A DNA stretch of 62,538 nt, filler included, from Dugesia japonica (taxonomy: Eukaryota): assembly GCA_001938525.1 (NCBI GenBank). It is 5 parts of 5 records of this genome, joined end to end, with 100 filler letters (N's around TTAATTAATTAA, not from the genome) between each part and the next. Parts side by side here need not be neighbours in the genome. Positions count along the whole stretch, not along the records: positions 23,893 to 40,191 come from MQRL01645757.1; 4 more parts are not named here. One strand, written 5' to 3'. A program made the translations under genes and the position numbers. The notes beneath the pieces were generated by a model, which worked only from the letters and a program-made list of their open reading frames with translations, did not search any database and had not been told where the DNA came from. Shown here one piece after another: positions 27,001 to 39,616 of this stretch (its first letter is position 1; every line of letters starts with the position of its first letter).

Positions 27001-27810
27001 GTGTTTTTGACAGGCATAACTCAATGCTTCCAATTGTACATTTGATAAAAGTCCTTTTTCAATTATAATAGAATTTATTTCTAATTTATAAGTAATATCA
27101 GGAGCTTCCATCGTGGTCAGCGATCTAGACTCCACCACAGCATACGGATGACGTTTTCCAATTTTCAATTTCGTCGGTTCATATTCTGAATACGCGCCGT
27201 TATAGATTAACTCACCAAATTCCCGATTTTCGAAACAATATTCTTGAGGAAGCGAGGAATCCACATAATTATTACTCAAAGACGATGTAATCGTTTCTCT
27301 ATTAAAAACTGATTCTCGAACTTCTGGAATTTCAAATGAGATTTTTCTCTTTTTTGATTTCATATGATTTGATTCCTCGTAATTATTACTACAATGGGAT
27401 CCTGTAGTTTCACTGTTTTCTGAAATATCAAATGGAATATTCCTCTTTTTTGATTGTAAATAGCTTGATGAGTTGTCTTTGGAAGAGCCATTAAATAAAT
27501 TCAGCAATTCATCCATTTCATCACTGTCGACATAATCATCTACAGTTATATGATTATTCATAACAGAATTTTGATTGTGAATCTTATCAAAATCTTTATA
27601 ATTTTCCCACTCACTATCAGAACTTAATGTATTGTCAGAACAGTTATCACTAAATTCGGTATTAACTAAATTATTTTCATGTAAATTATTAATATCCACA
27701 GGCTGGATATCATTCTTTTTAACATTTTTATTAAAAAATTCAAGAAACCACTGTTGAGGTTCAAAGATTTGTAATTCCTGAACATCTGATAAATCTTCTT
27801 TATTTTCCAT
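24085..27810 (-). CDS. SBNO1: Strawberry notch homolog (SF2 helicase-like nuclear regulator), 1241 aa, single uninterrupted ORF
   Basis: [125 protein letters not shown] and the C-terminal [16 protein letters not shown]. The family is certain; orthology to SBNO1 versus a paralog is not. Confidence 0.95.
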   Translation of the reverse strand: [1241 protein letters not shown]

Positions 27811-28639
27811 GAGTTTTATAGACTTAACCTATTTCTGGCTTATTTTAAGATTTTCCTAAAAATATATCTTTGTAAATCATTTAGTTACATAATATAACAG
27901 CATACAAGATTAAAAATATAATTTTAAAAATTACTTATTTATTAATAAATTGAAACTAATAAATAATAAAATTATGAATCAATAACTTAATATGACTTAA
28001 AATCATATCAGATCCTTATTAAAACAACTTTAACAAAAAGTAGAAAATATTTTAAAAATTCACAAATGACAGATATTTTGTAAGGTAATCTCATTATATA
28101 TTTTTCATTTTTCTTAAAAAATTTATTAATTTACGAATTTTAAAGTCAATAATTAAAAAAATTTTCTTTAAACATTTATTTTAATGCAGTAATTTATGCA
28201 AAGAATTTATAAATACAGAAATTTTAAAAGTTTGGTTTTTTAATATACTAAGAAATAAAAGAGAATGTAGTAGTAAATTGAACTAAAATTTGTGAGAAAA
28301 CCTAATACACGAGAATCAAAAAATAGTATATGGGTTTCTATGGGTTTGAGTATCCTGAAATGGTTTTCATTAATTATTCCTTATTCGTTGATTCGGTATA
28401 TTACTGATATTTCTTTTAAAGATCAAACTATTGCAGGTTTTAAGCTGAAGTAGAAAAATTTATTGGCTTATTTACAACTATTTTTATTTTCTCTTGAATA
28501 ATCATAATACTTAACGAGTATTATGGCACTTTGTAAAACAGTAATCCCTACATATACATGACTTGACTATGTTGCTATAAACGGCAATCTGACCTTTTGA
28601 CTTTCATAAGTTAAAATAATAATTTTTTAACTGTTTTTT

Positions 28640-29230
28640 TTCTATTCTTTCTTTTTTTCTGTTTCATAACATTATGGCCAGAATCATTCTTCCTTCATTT
28701 ACGAATGTCCCAGGTTTATCATTGGAGTCATCCTGGAGACGGCATCTCTCACACAATGTATGGATTGATTCTTTTCTTCGAGCTTTTCAAGCCAAAGTCT
28801 TAGCTCGTCTTATTATTACTTAAAGTGAGTAATCGACTTGCGCCATTACACTTTTATGGTTCTCTATCTTTTTAGCAAATTAAAGGCTACGACATTAATA
28901 TTTAATTATTTACATTACATGAAATACTAACAACTGAAAATATATAAGAGAAATTAAAAAAACTACATTTTGATCTAAGCTGTTAATTTAATAAAATTAC
29001 AATAATCGATTGTATTCGATTGTAAACATATCGATGAAGCTAACCTTGTACCTGGGAATATCTAAAGATTCAGATAAGACGAAAATTTCTTTAAATTGAC
29101 GGATCTCAGCAAAGAGTATTATGTAGCCCAGTATGTAGGAGTATAATTGGAGAAACACTCTTTGTAATTTAGGGCTATCATTTTGATAAGAATTTTCTTG
29201 TTTGGTTTTAGAGTCTTCATCTGCCATCAC
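28640..29230 (-). mobile_element. Possible very decayed LTR-retrotransposon pol remnant
   Basis: Weak motifs only: ILLHTG (protease-like), ENHK../NGASRL (RNase H end) and LGH...FWP (integrase Zn region), in mixed frames. Confidence 0.3.
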
Positions 29231-30109
29231 AATTGGAAGTAGATTTCACGCCTATATTGCAAATCATCACTTTCATAAGAAGATTAGTCCACAATAAGCA
29301 ATAAATGTTATAAATTACAAAATTTTGAGAAGTTTACTGAATTTATTTAAAGGTTTACAGAATTATTTAAATTTTCAAATTGAAATATGATTTGATAAAA
29401 AAATTCTTCAATAAGGTTGATTTTTGGGAGGATTTTAGGCAATTATTTCCTCGATTTGGTCTGTCTGGGTGGAATTTTTTACAGAAATTCGTAGGAAATA
29501 GACCAATTTGTTTAAAAATTTCAAATAATTAAAATTTTTATTGGAATCTGAGATAACATTTAAAATTTTAGGAAATTTTTGAAAAGATTTTTTGTTGAGA
29601 TTTTAACATCAATCGATGGAGAATTCGATGGATATTATTTTTTAAAAATAAAGATTTTTTGAAAAGCTTTTTTCTTCTCGACACTTGTATTCAACATGTC
29701 TATCAGATAGAAAATCTTTTGCTGATCATGATGGTTGTAAGCAAAAATCTCCAAAGTTTATCCGCGATGAAATAAATAGGGTTTTGTCGTAAAAAATCTC
29801 AAACTCAGAGTTTAGCGCTCAGAACTCTGTAAGCTGAAAACTGCTATGGATCAAGGTTTGGTATTATTTTACTCAGGAGAAAAAGGTGACTGTGTAACGT
29901 TAAAATATCGTCTTGGGAACAATGCTTCCTAAAGAATATATACAGCTGTCCTCTCGGATTTCGTAACATTTTTCGAAAATATCAATAATAACTCAAAATT
30001 TATCGAGATTGATACTATTCGATAGGAAATTTTAAGGTGAGTACAAATAACACGGTTTAAAATCAACAAACCAGATACATAAAAATTTATAAAGAAAAGA
30101 TAAGTACTT

Positions 30110-30815
30110 AATAATTAATAATAAAATAATAAAAATAATATCAGTTATAATACTAATAATATTAAAATTAATAATAAAATTAATAATAAAATAATTAATT
30201 AATAATAAAATTAATAATAAAATAATTAATTAATAATAAAATTAATAATAATAATAAAATTAATAATAATAAAATTAATAATAATATAATTAATAATAAT
30301 AAACAATAATCCTAATAATAAAAATAATAATTACAATAATTAATTATAATAGTAATAATAATTAAAATAATACTATTAATANNNNNNNNNNNNNNNNNNN
30401 NNNNNNNNNNNNNNNNNNNNNNNNNNNNNNNNNNNNNNNNNNNNNNNNNNNNNNNNNNNNNNNNNNNNNNNNNNNNNNNNNNNNNNNNNNNNNNNNNNNN
30501 NNNNNNNNNNNNNNNNNNNNNNNNNNNNNNNNNNNNNNNNNNNNNNNNNNNNNNNNNNNNNNNNNNNNNNNNNNNNNNNNNNNNNNNNNNNNNNNNNNNN
30601 NNNNNNNNNNNNNNNNNNNNNNNNNNNNNNNNNNNNNNNNNNNNNNNNNNNNNNNNNNNNNNNNNNNNNNNNNNNNNNNNNNNNNNNNNNNNNNNNNNNN
30701 NNNAAAAATGAAATTAATAATAAAACTAATAATAATAATGAAAATAATAATAATTAATAATACTAATAAATATTAATATACATAATAATAAATAATATTA
30801 ATAATAATATATAAT
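30110..30815. repeat. AAT-rich simple repeat spanning a gap
   Basis: (AAT)n/AATT low complexity. Confidence 0.85.
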
Positions 30816-31698
30816 TTACTGAGGAAGGTAGTTACATATTCATCTAAACTATATTGTCCTGCGCTGTGCTGGGTAATCTAAACGATATACTGTGCTGTGT
30901 TTAACACAGTTACATAATCATCTAAACTATACTGCGCTGTGCTCAGTAATCTAAACTATATACTGTGCTGTACACATAGCTATGATAACTGAAGACTGGT
31001 GAAGAGTAATATATAAACCAAATTCATCTACAACTCAGTTTAAAAAAAAGACCGAATCAAGTAAACTATAAGATAAGTAGTTTAATTATAATAATATTTA
31101 TTTAATAAATTTTCATTCAATCTTTTAAGTTGATTTAACTTTCCATATTGATTTTACTATTTCTTCCAATTTTTTGTATCCGATAATTTCAACTGTAATC
31201 TTTGATTTGCTTGCCTGAACATTACCTTCTTTAGATTAATAAATGTCGCATATTCAATTTTCATGTGTTCAGTGATTCTTACGAATAGTTCATTAAGAGT
31301 CTTTCGATGATTTTTTACTGATTTCATAAATGTATAAATCGTAAACACAAGGTTTCACTTTTACAGGATCCTAGAGAAAAAGTATTATTAAGTTATTAAC
31401 AAATCAAATATAACTTGAAAAGTATAATTCATTGTTCTCTTAAAGAAAACCATTTCATTCTGGAAGTAATTTCTGGGTTTTCACAATTGACTACTATAGT
31501 AAAAGAATTTTCGTTGGTAAGAGTTTTAATCATCTTCATTTTGAAATAATGAATAATGAATTAAAGAATCAGTTTATATATGTTTTTGAACAGATGTGAG
31601 TTACAATACCATCTTGACATATTAAATAATAATAAGCTTTTCCAATTTTTTAAAAACAATTTCTGAATATTTAAACAACAATATTATCTTATTGTTAC

Positions 31699-33849
31699 TC
31701 TCCCTTCCTTTAAAATTTGTAATACTCTTCCAGCCATTCAATTCTTCTGTATTTCCTTCCATCTGAATATTCCAGTTCGAATTGATGATCCGTCGGGAAA
31801 GCAATGATTTTTACCGGACCTTCATATACATTGCCATCCTTTTGTCTCCTTTGTAGATCTATTTTTACCAAAACTCCCTGTTCCATTTCAAAATCTCTGT
31901 GCACCTTCTTCTCAACATCTAGACTTTCCATTCTTTCAGCTGAAATCTAAAGATTACCCCGTACCTTTGACAATACTTGTTCTTGATCCAATATTACGTA
32001 TGGATCTTTGCCATGAATATTTATCTTCCTTCCAAATATTATTTCTATCGTAGAAAATCCTGTTGACTCTTGTATCGTTGAGTTAATGGAATATTCAATT
32101 TTTGGTATGAATTCTTCCCAGCACAATCCTGTTCGCCCATCATTTGAAAAATTGACAACCATATCTCGGACCGTCCTAATTGCTNNCTCTGCTAAACCGT
32201 TCGAATTATGATCATATGGTGAAGTAAAAATCCATTCAATATTAAATTTATCAACCAAACCCTTGATCTGACTCCCTTCGAAGATTTTACCTCTGTCCAA
32301 TACAATCCATTTTGGTTTTCCAAATATGTAAATCCATTGATGTAAAATAACACGGTGAATAGTATTTTTATCTTGTTTTTGTGTTGGTGTTAAACTAATC
32401 TTCTTACTAAATTGATCTATTATTACGACTATATAACGATTACGGCTCTGCTTTCCTTCATATGCGTAATATTTATCACAATTTGATTCAAAGGGTTCAT
32501 AGCTTTTCTTGGTATTAAATATTCGACTGTCTTTGATGTTAGTGTCTTTCTTCACATACACGACTCACATTTTTGTATAATCGACTTTATATATGTTACT
32601 ATGTTTATCCAAAAGAAATGACTGTCAATATAATTTATAGTTTTCTTAACACCTAAGTGACAAATTTCTTTATNNNNNNNNNNNNNNNNNNNNNNNNNNN
32701 NNNNNNNNNNNNNNNNNNNNNNNNNNNNNNNNNNNNNNNNNNNNNNNNNNNNNNNNNNNNNNNNNNNNNNNNNNNNNNNNNNNNNNNNNNNNNNNNNNNN
32801 NNNNNNNNNNNNNNNNNNNNATTATAAAACTTTAATCGCTTCCAAAACAGAATCCTCATCTTGAGTGGCACAATACGTTTCAATATTAAATTCGTCTGAC
32901 AAAATTGCATTTAAAAACCTTACTCTGCTCTTCTCTATTTCTCTTTCTTCGTATTCACATTGACATTGAGAGCAATAGCTCAATAATATTCTGGATAATC
33001 CGTCTGCATTGTTATGGTTTTCACCCTTCCGATATTCCAGATCAAAATCATATCTAGATAATTCACTTAACCATTTATGAAATTGTATATTTATTGGTTT
33101 TGTCGTGGACCTCAAAAATTTGAGAGCTTTGTGATCTGTACGTAAATGAAATTTCTTATTGTATAAGCAGGTCTTGAAGTAAAGCACATGCTCATATATA
33201 GCCAGCAACTCCTTCCGTGTCACATAATAACTATTCTCAGGAGCACTTAAAAGCCTTGATCCATATGCGATAACTTTTTCACATCCATCTTGTAACTGAC
33301 TAAGAACAGCACCAATACCGCTAAAACATGCACCCGTGTCTAAAATAAAAGGATGATATTTGTTTGGGAATGCCAATACTAGAGTAATTGATAAAGAATG
33401 TTTGAGTTTCTGGAAACCTTTTTGACACTCTTCATTCCATTGTATGTCTTTCACATTTCCCTTAGTAACCTCATATAATGGTTGGGCAATTTGAGCAAAG
33501 TTAAAAACAAATTTACGGTAGTAATTTGGCAAGCCAAGAAATGACCGTAATGGTTTGGTGCNCTTTGGAATTTCCGCTTCAGCAATTTTCTTAATCATAC
33601 CATTATTAGTACTTATTCCCTCTTTTGATATTTTTGACCTAAAAAACTAAGTTCAGTTTTATACAAACTACACTTCTTTGGATTGAGTCTTAATCCCGCT
33701 TTTTGTATTCGTTTAAAAAACCTCATCTAGGTTTCTATCGTGTTCTGCACTGTTGTGCCTTAAACCAAGACATCGTCTAAATACGCCGCGACTCCGTTAT
33801 AAAAGAAATCCTCGAATAATACATGTATGAGACTTTGAAAAGTCGCTGG
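31699..33849 (-). mobile_element. Gypsy LTR retrotransposon pol (RT-RNase H-integrase), frameshifted, 5' truncated by an insertion
   Basis: PATFQ..AYLDDVLV; LRSFLGLPNYYRKF; ILDTGACFSGIGAVLSQ; RKELLAI; RTDHKAL; NADGLSR; integrase IDQFSK..LDRG..SNGLAE; YEGPVKI; purine tract near 31700. Confidence 0.92.
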
Positions 33850-34750
33850 AGTAGGTAGATGTGAACGTAGAAATACAGTAGGTGTTATTGAGCCCTCTTT
33901 CCTCTCCCACGGGGGAAAGGGGGTATGTTTGAATTTGTGTTTGAATTTGTGTATAATTTTGTGTTTGATTTCATTGGTGGGTTTTCGATTGAATGCCGGA
34001 AGATGTAGTTTTGTTTAAATTTGTAAAATTTTTGGTGGGAAATTTAAAATTTATTTTTATTTTTGCGATTGATTAAAACAAAAAAATAATTTTTTTAGCA
34101 AGGATTACTGTGTTTGTGCGCTCACATCAACCGTAAAAGTTACTAGCCATTTTGGATTTAAGAATTTTTTGATCTGATTTCTGACCAGATCAAAATTTTG
34201 ATCAGATCAGATTTTTGATCGGACCAGATTTTTTTGATAGTTAATATTTCTTTTCCTTCTTTTTCTTCTTTTCATTCTTTTCATTCTTTTCCTTCTTTTC
34301 CTTCTTTTCCTTCTTTTCCTTCTTTTCCTTCTTTTCCTTCTTTTCCTTCTTTTCCTTCTTTTCCTTCTTTTCCTTCTTTTCCTTCTTTTCCTTGTTTTCC
34401 TTGTTTTCCTTGTTTTCCTTGTTTTCCTTGTTTTCCTTGTTTTACTTGTTTTCCTTGTTTTCCTTGTTTTCCTTGTTTTCCTTGTTTTCCTTGTTTTCCT
34501 TCTTTTCCNNNNNNNNNNNNNNNNNNNNNNNNNNNNNNNNNNNNNNNNNNNNNNNNNNNNNNNNNNNNNNNNNNNNNNNNNNNNNNNNNNNNNNNNNNNN
34601 NNNNNNNNNNNNNNNNNNNNNNNNNNNNNNNNNNNNNNNNNNNNNNNNNNNNNNNNNNCATGATCCACGATAACATATGGCACAAAATCAAACACAGGGT
34701 TATCAATTATCAAGACTCAAGAAGCGGGGCTCGATAACACATACTGTGTT
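33850..34750. mobile_element. AGTAGG-terminated TIR element inserted in Gypsy RT
   Basis: Starts AGTAGGTAGATG exactly where RT homology stops. Internal ACAGTAGGTGTTATTGAGCCC is mirrored at ~34728-34748 (GGGCTCGATAACACATACTGT). Confidence 0.5.
34250..34508. repeat. 9-bp tandem repeat (CCTTCTTTT/CCTTGTTTT)n
   Basis: Directly visible. It accounts for four low-complexity ORFs in the track. Confidence 0.95.
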
Positions 34751-34779
34751 TGATTTCATTGGTGAACACGTAGAAGGAC

Positions 34780-35365
34780 AATAGAGAAGAGCAGAGTAAG
34801 GTTTTTAAATGCAATTTTGTCAGGCGAATTTAATATTGAAACGTATTGTGCCACTCAAGATGAGGATTCTGTTTTGGAAGCGATTAAAGTTTTATAATGA
34901 ACCCTTCTTCGATAGTACTAAAGTTGATTCAAGATTCTGTGTATTTTCATGAATTAGATAGGATACTATTGAAAGGTAATTTATTATTAATAGAAAGTGA
35001 ACATAGACAGAAGATAATCATTCTGCATAAGATTGTTGAGAGATTTGTGGTACATATGGATAAAGAAATTTGTCACTTAGGTGTTAAGAAACATAGTAAC
35101 ATATACAAAGTTGATTATACAAAAATGTGAGTCGTGTATAAGACGGAAAACACTAACATCAAAGACAGTCAAATATTTAATACCAAGAAAAGCTATGAAC
35201 CCTACTGATCAAAGTGTGATAAATATTGCGCATATGAAGGAAATCAGAAGCCTTAATTGTTATATAGTCGTAATAATCGATCAATTTAGCAAGAAGATTA
35301 GTTTAACACCATCACAAAAACAAGATGAAAATACTATTCACCATGTTATAATACATCAATTAAAC
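34780..35365 (+). mobile_element. Inverted duplicate of the Gypsy RNase H-integrase junction
   Basis: Reverse complement of ~32340-32940 (EKSRVRFLNAILS..; IVVIIDQFSKKISLTP). Confidence 0.8.
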
Positions 35366-36009
35366 ATTTTTTTAACTCGTGATCAATTGTACTGAACTAA
35401 TCTGGTCAAAAAGAAGTTATTTGAATATAGTCATTTAGTTTCTTTGTTTAATTTCTTTCTATTAATAATAAATTACCTTTCAATAGTATCCTATCTAATT
35501 CATGAAAATACACAGAATCTTGAATCAACTTTAGTACTATCGAAGAAGGGTTCATAATAAAAACTTTAATCGCTTCCAAAACAGAGTCTTCGTCTTTAGT
35601 GGCACGACACGTTTCAATATTAAATTCGCCTGACAAAATTGCATTTAAAAACCTTACTCTGCTCTTCTCTATTGTCCTTCTACGTGTTCACCAATGAAAT
35701 CAAACACAGTATGTGTTATCGAGCCCCACTTCTTGAGTCTTGATAATTGATAACCTTGTGTTTGATTTTGTGCCATATGTTATCGTCGATCATGATTAAT
35801 AAATGACATTCCTGTAGAATTATATCACTTGGGAACAAAGAAATTAAATGACTATATTCAAATAACTTCTTTTTGACCAGATTAGTTCAGTACAATTAAA
35901 CGTGAGTTAAAAATACCCTTAATTTTTAATCAAAGAAAAACATATACATGCAAAATAAAAGAATCTTTATTATTTTGAACTAAATTTGGAGCATTTGAAC
36001 AGATTATTA

Positions 36010-36775
36010 TTGATATAACTTATTTTGATAAATCAAAGGTAAAGGAGAAGTAATTTTTAATCTTTAAAGAATGATACAACTAACTTGTTAGACTGTCAGC
36101 CATGGCAAAACAAGACGAAAAGACTGGAGTTGAATCAATAATAGAGAATTGGATATATAGATTTAGGAAACCAAAATCCATACTGACAGATAGAGGCAAG
36201 ATTTTTGATGGAAAATTACTGAAAGGAATGGCTTAGAAATTTGGAATTACCCACAAATTTTCGTCTCCATTCCAGCATCAATCAAACGGGTTGACAGAAA
36301 GAACTACCAGGACTCTACGTGTTATGATTGTTACCCCAATAAAAAGTTGATGTGAAGAAGTTAGTTGGGATAAGCTACTAGCTCATATTCAATTTTTAAT
36401 TAATACAACTTAACAAAAGGCAGCTGGAGTGTCACCGTTTGAAATAATTTATGGAAAAAGGTATGATTCATGGGACATTACTAAATAACTATAGAAGTAG
36501 TGGCGAAGTTAAAGAATTAGTTGATAACAATTTTAAAAATGCAAGTAAATATGAATTAGATAAAAGAGTACATTAGAATTTTGTTGAAAAGGAAGAAGTT
36601 CTGGTAAATGTAAAACTTCCCAATTTAAAGAAAAATGGATACAGATATGAAGGTCCTTTTGAAATGTTAAAATTTATAAGCCCACATCAAGTAATTTTAA
36701 ATTATTCTGAAATCCCTAAAGCACTAAAGATTGAGTGACTAAAAAAAACAGATGTTCAAAAAGATTAAGAAAAAT
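36010..36775 (+). mobile_element. Degenerate Gypsy integrase
   Basis: NWIYRFRKPKSILTDRGKIFDG; FSSPFQHQSNGLTERTTRTLR; RYEGPFEM. Confidence 0.85.
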
Positions 36776-37199
36776 GTTAGATATAATATTTGAACATATT
36801 TGTTTAAATATTATTGATTTATTTTATTTTAATAAACTTTGATAATGTTTACTTTCAAAATACAAAATCTAACTATATTAAAGATTTAAAATATATCTCA
36901 TTAAAAGGCTCATCATGCAGTTTTTAAAAAGTCAGAATTGCAATAGAATTTTGACTTATTTGGGTTTTGAATACCTATTATTTCACTCTCTAAATGAAGT
37001 ACTGATATGGAGATGAAATCAAAGTCGTTCTTCAAAGTGTCATGCAATAATGAAGACCAAAGATGAGGAAATAGTACAATATGCAATGGAGAATTGCCAA
37101 GATTTCTGCCCTTAAATAGTTGAATCAAATATTACAAGAAATAAAATGAACAAATATATTGGAGTAGTTTTGGTTACTACTCAAAATGTATTCGGAAAT

Positions 37200-37620
37200 A
37201 TTATTTCCCAATTAAATAACGATGTACTGATTTACATGCCCGAACAATAATCACTTTCCAGAAATCTTCTTTATCACAAGCATGGACAGCTGGTAGAGAT
37301 CCTCAATTTCCAATAAAAATATGGAATCAATAATTTGCAGCTCTTCAACAATTGCCTAAGATTAAACATTGCTGCGAAGGATTTCACAACGCACTTCATT
37401 CCTTATTTCACTGCAGTCATCCAAGCATTTGGATTCTATTCGTTGGACTTCAGAGGAATCTGGCTTGCCACAAGTTGACAAATACTAATGCAAAAGAAGG
37501 TCGATCAGAGGTGATAAAGAAACATATAATGATTTAGTAGAATTCTTGGTGCAGGAATATGCACAAATAGAAGACAAAATAAAATACTTGCAAAGACTGG
37601 CAAATTTGTACAAATAAAAA
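37200..37620 (+). mobile_element. MULE/Mutator transposase C-terminal remnant
   Basis: PQFPIKIWN..LPKIKHCCEGFHNALHSLFHCSHPSIW corresponds to the MULE P.FP...WN...RTNN..EGWHN......HP.IW motif. Confidence 0.75.
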
Positions 37621-39616
37621 TTTGTATGAGTTNTTTGTAATGTTTATTTAATATTATATTTGTATTTTTTGTTGTATCATTTCAAACTTTGAATCTATTA
37701 ATTATTTACATTATTCACATATGATGTTTTTCTGTATATCGAATTTGTGGATTATTTCTTTCATTTCGTAATCACGAAATTCCGTAAATTAAAGGATGGG
37801 TGTAATAGTGTTATTTTAAGATTTTTATAATCATTTGAGATTTTATTAAATTAAAAATTTCTACCAAAATGTTGTTTTGTGTCTTTTTAATTATTTTCTT
37901 GTAGTTATCCGAATTTTTTACTATTGTCTTCTTCAGGAATTTAATTTTTTGATTGATTTAACCAATATTAGAAAATTTTACAAAATTTTCGCATTTCATT
38001 AAATTTTGCATTCGAAGATAGATATTTAAATATAATTTTATTTGGATAGCCATTATTTAAGAATTTATTTTTTATCAACTTGAAGGAAGTTAATTTCATT
38101 TCTTTATTTTGTGGTAATTAAGAAATAATACANNNNNNNNNNNNNNNNNNNNNNNNNNNNNNNNNNNNNNNNNNNNNNNNNNNNNNNNNNNNNNNNNNNN
38201 NNNNNNNNNNNNNNNNNNNNNNNNNNNNNNNNNNNNNNNNNNNNNNNNNNNNNNNNNATGTATATATTATTGTAAATACGATTTTAGAAATACACTATTA
38301 TAAAAGTAAAAATCATTATGAAAATTAAAATAAATTATTTAAAATTGATTCGTGATAATAAGGCTGTATTGATAATAATGTGTGTGTTTCAAAGAGAAAC
38401 ATAAAAGGATAATAACATAAAAATTTAAAATAAAGTCTAAATACTACAAATCATCGTAAATAAAGGCGAAATTATTTTTGTAGATGAGAAGTTTTGTAGT
38501 TTAAATTAAAATAATTGAAATAATTTCACAGGGGACAGATGAAAAGGCGGTTAAAAACATCTTATGAAAAGTTTGAATAACTAAATTTAGATGAAATAAT
38601 TAATTTGAATATCAAATTTACAATTTTCAGAGAAAATTGAGTTATTTTAAAATTTTAAGGGGTTCGATCGTAAACCTTCTATCGAGAATTAAAAGTTGAC
38701 GTGTGACCAATAAGATTTCAATGAGGTCAAATCTTTTGATTAGAAAATTATTCTTGAATTTTATTTGATAAGTTATTTTATTGTTGAATATGGGTAAAAT
38801 TCAAATTAGGGGTGCGCTTGAAGCACCGTGCTTTGTTATAAATTTATTGAAAATTTTTGCAAAAGTCAAGTTGCATGTGTGTGTTTGAATAATATATAAG
38901 CGAGCTCAGTTTTTTGTAAAATTTGCAGAGTTGCCAAAAAGTGAAAATTTATGATTTTTGGAAAAAACTGAAATTTTCAATAAAATAATGTGTGATTATA
39001 TTCAAATATATTTTGGTTATTGAGAAGAGTTTTGATTCAATTCAAATAGCAGTAATATGTGGGTTTTTGTCCGTTTTGGGCTTTATTTGTGTAAACTTTT
39101 TTCGTCTGGGCATTTATGTATTTGGGCTTTTTTCATGTATGCATTTTTATGTGCACATATGTCTGGTCACCCATTTGGTGAATTTTGAACAGTACTATTT
39201 ATCATGAATTCAATGTTAGACAAACTTTATGTTCAATCTAATAATTGTTTTCCTCCCTTTTTATTAAAATATCATGTTATGTGGTTATAAACTGAAACTC
39301 CATGATACCTTTATCTAAATAATGATACGGAATAGAATTTTGCATTTCAATTACATATTAATTCGCATATTTTAATCAAACGTTCTATCTCGATTATAAT
39401 TTATAGTTTCAAGAGCGCCGAATTTTAAATTACATTGTTAAACAACTATTTTTGATATTTGTTAAAAAAGCGGATGTTAATTTTGTTTAAAACAAGTTTT
39501 AAAAATATACTGATCTAGTAAAAAGACTTGTCATTAATATTAAGTATTTATTTTAGAATATATATTTTTTATTATTCAAACAAAATTGACTGTTTAAATA
39601 ATCACTATTTTCTAAC

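Noticed and set aside
22492-27810. SBNO as cargo of the adjacent Polinton pPolB
   Set aside because: An artificial linker (23793-23892) separates them.
21570-30110. Inverted repeat pair (~21570-22350 and ~29430-30110) flanking SBNO as giant TIRs
   Set aside because: The copies are highly diverged and lie on different assembly pieces. A dispersed repeat family is the simpler explanation.
31157-31348. 63-aa ORF as a host exon
   Set aside because: No recognisable motif or supportable splice chain.
34207-34737. Collagen-like (GKE/GKQ)n or protamine-like (KRR)n ORFs
   Set aside because: These are by-products of a 9-bp tandem repeat open in several frames, and the start codons lie across an N gap.
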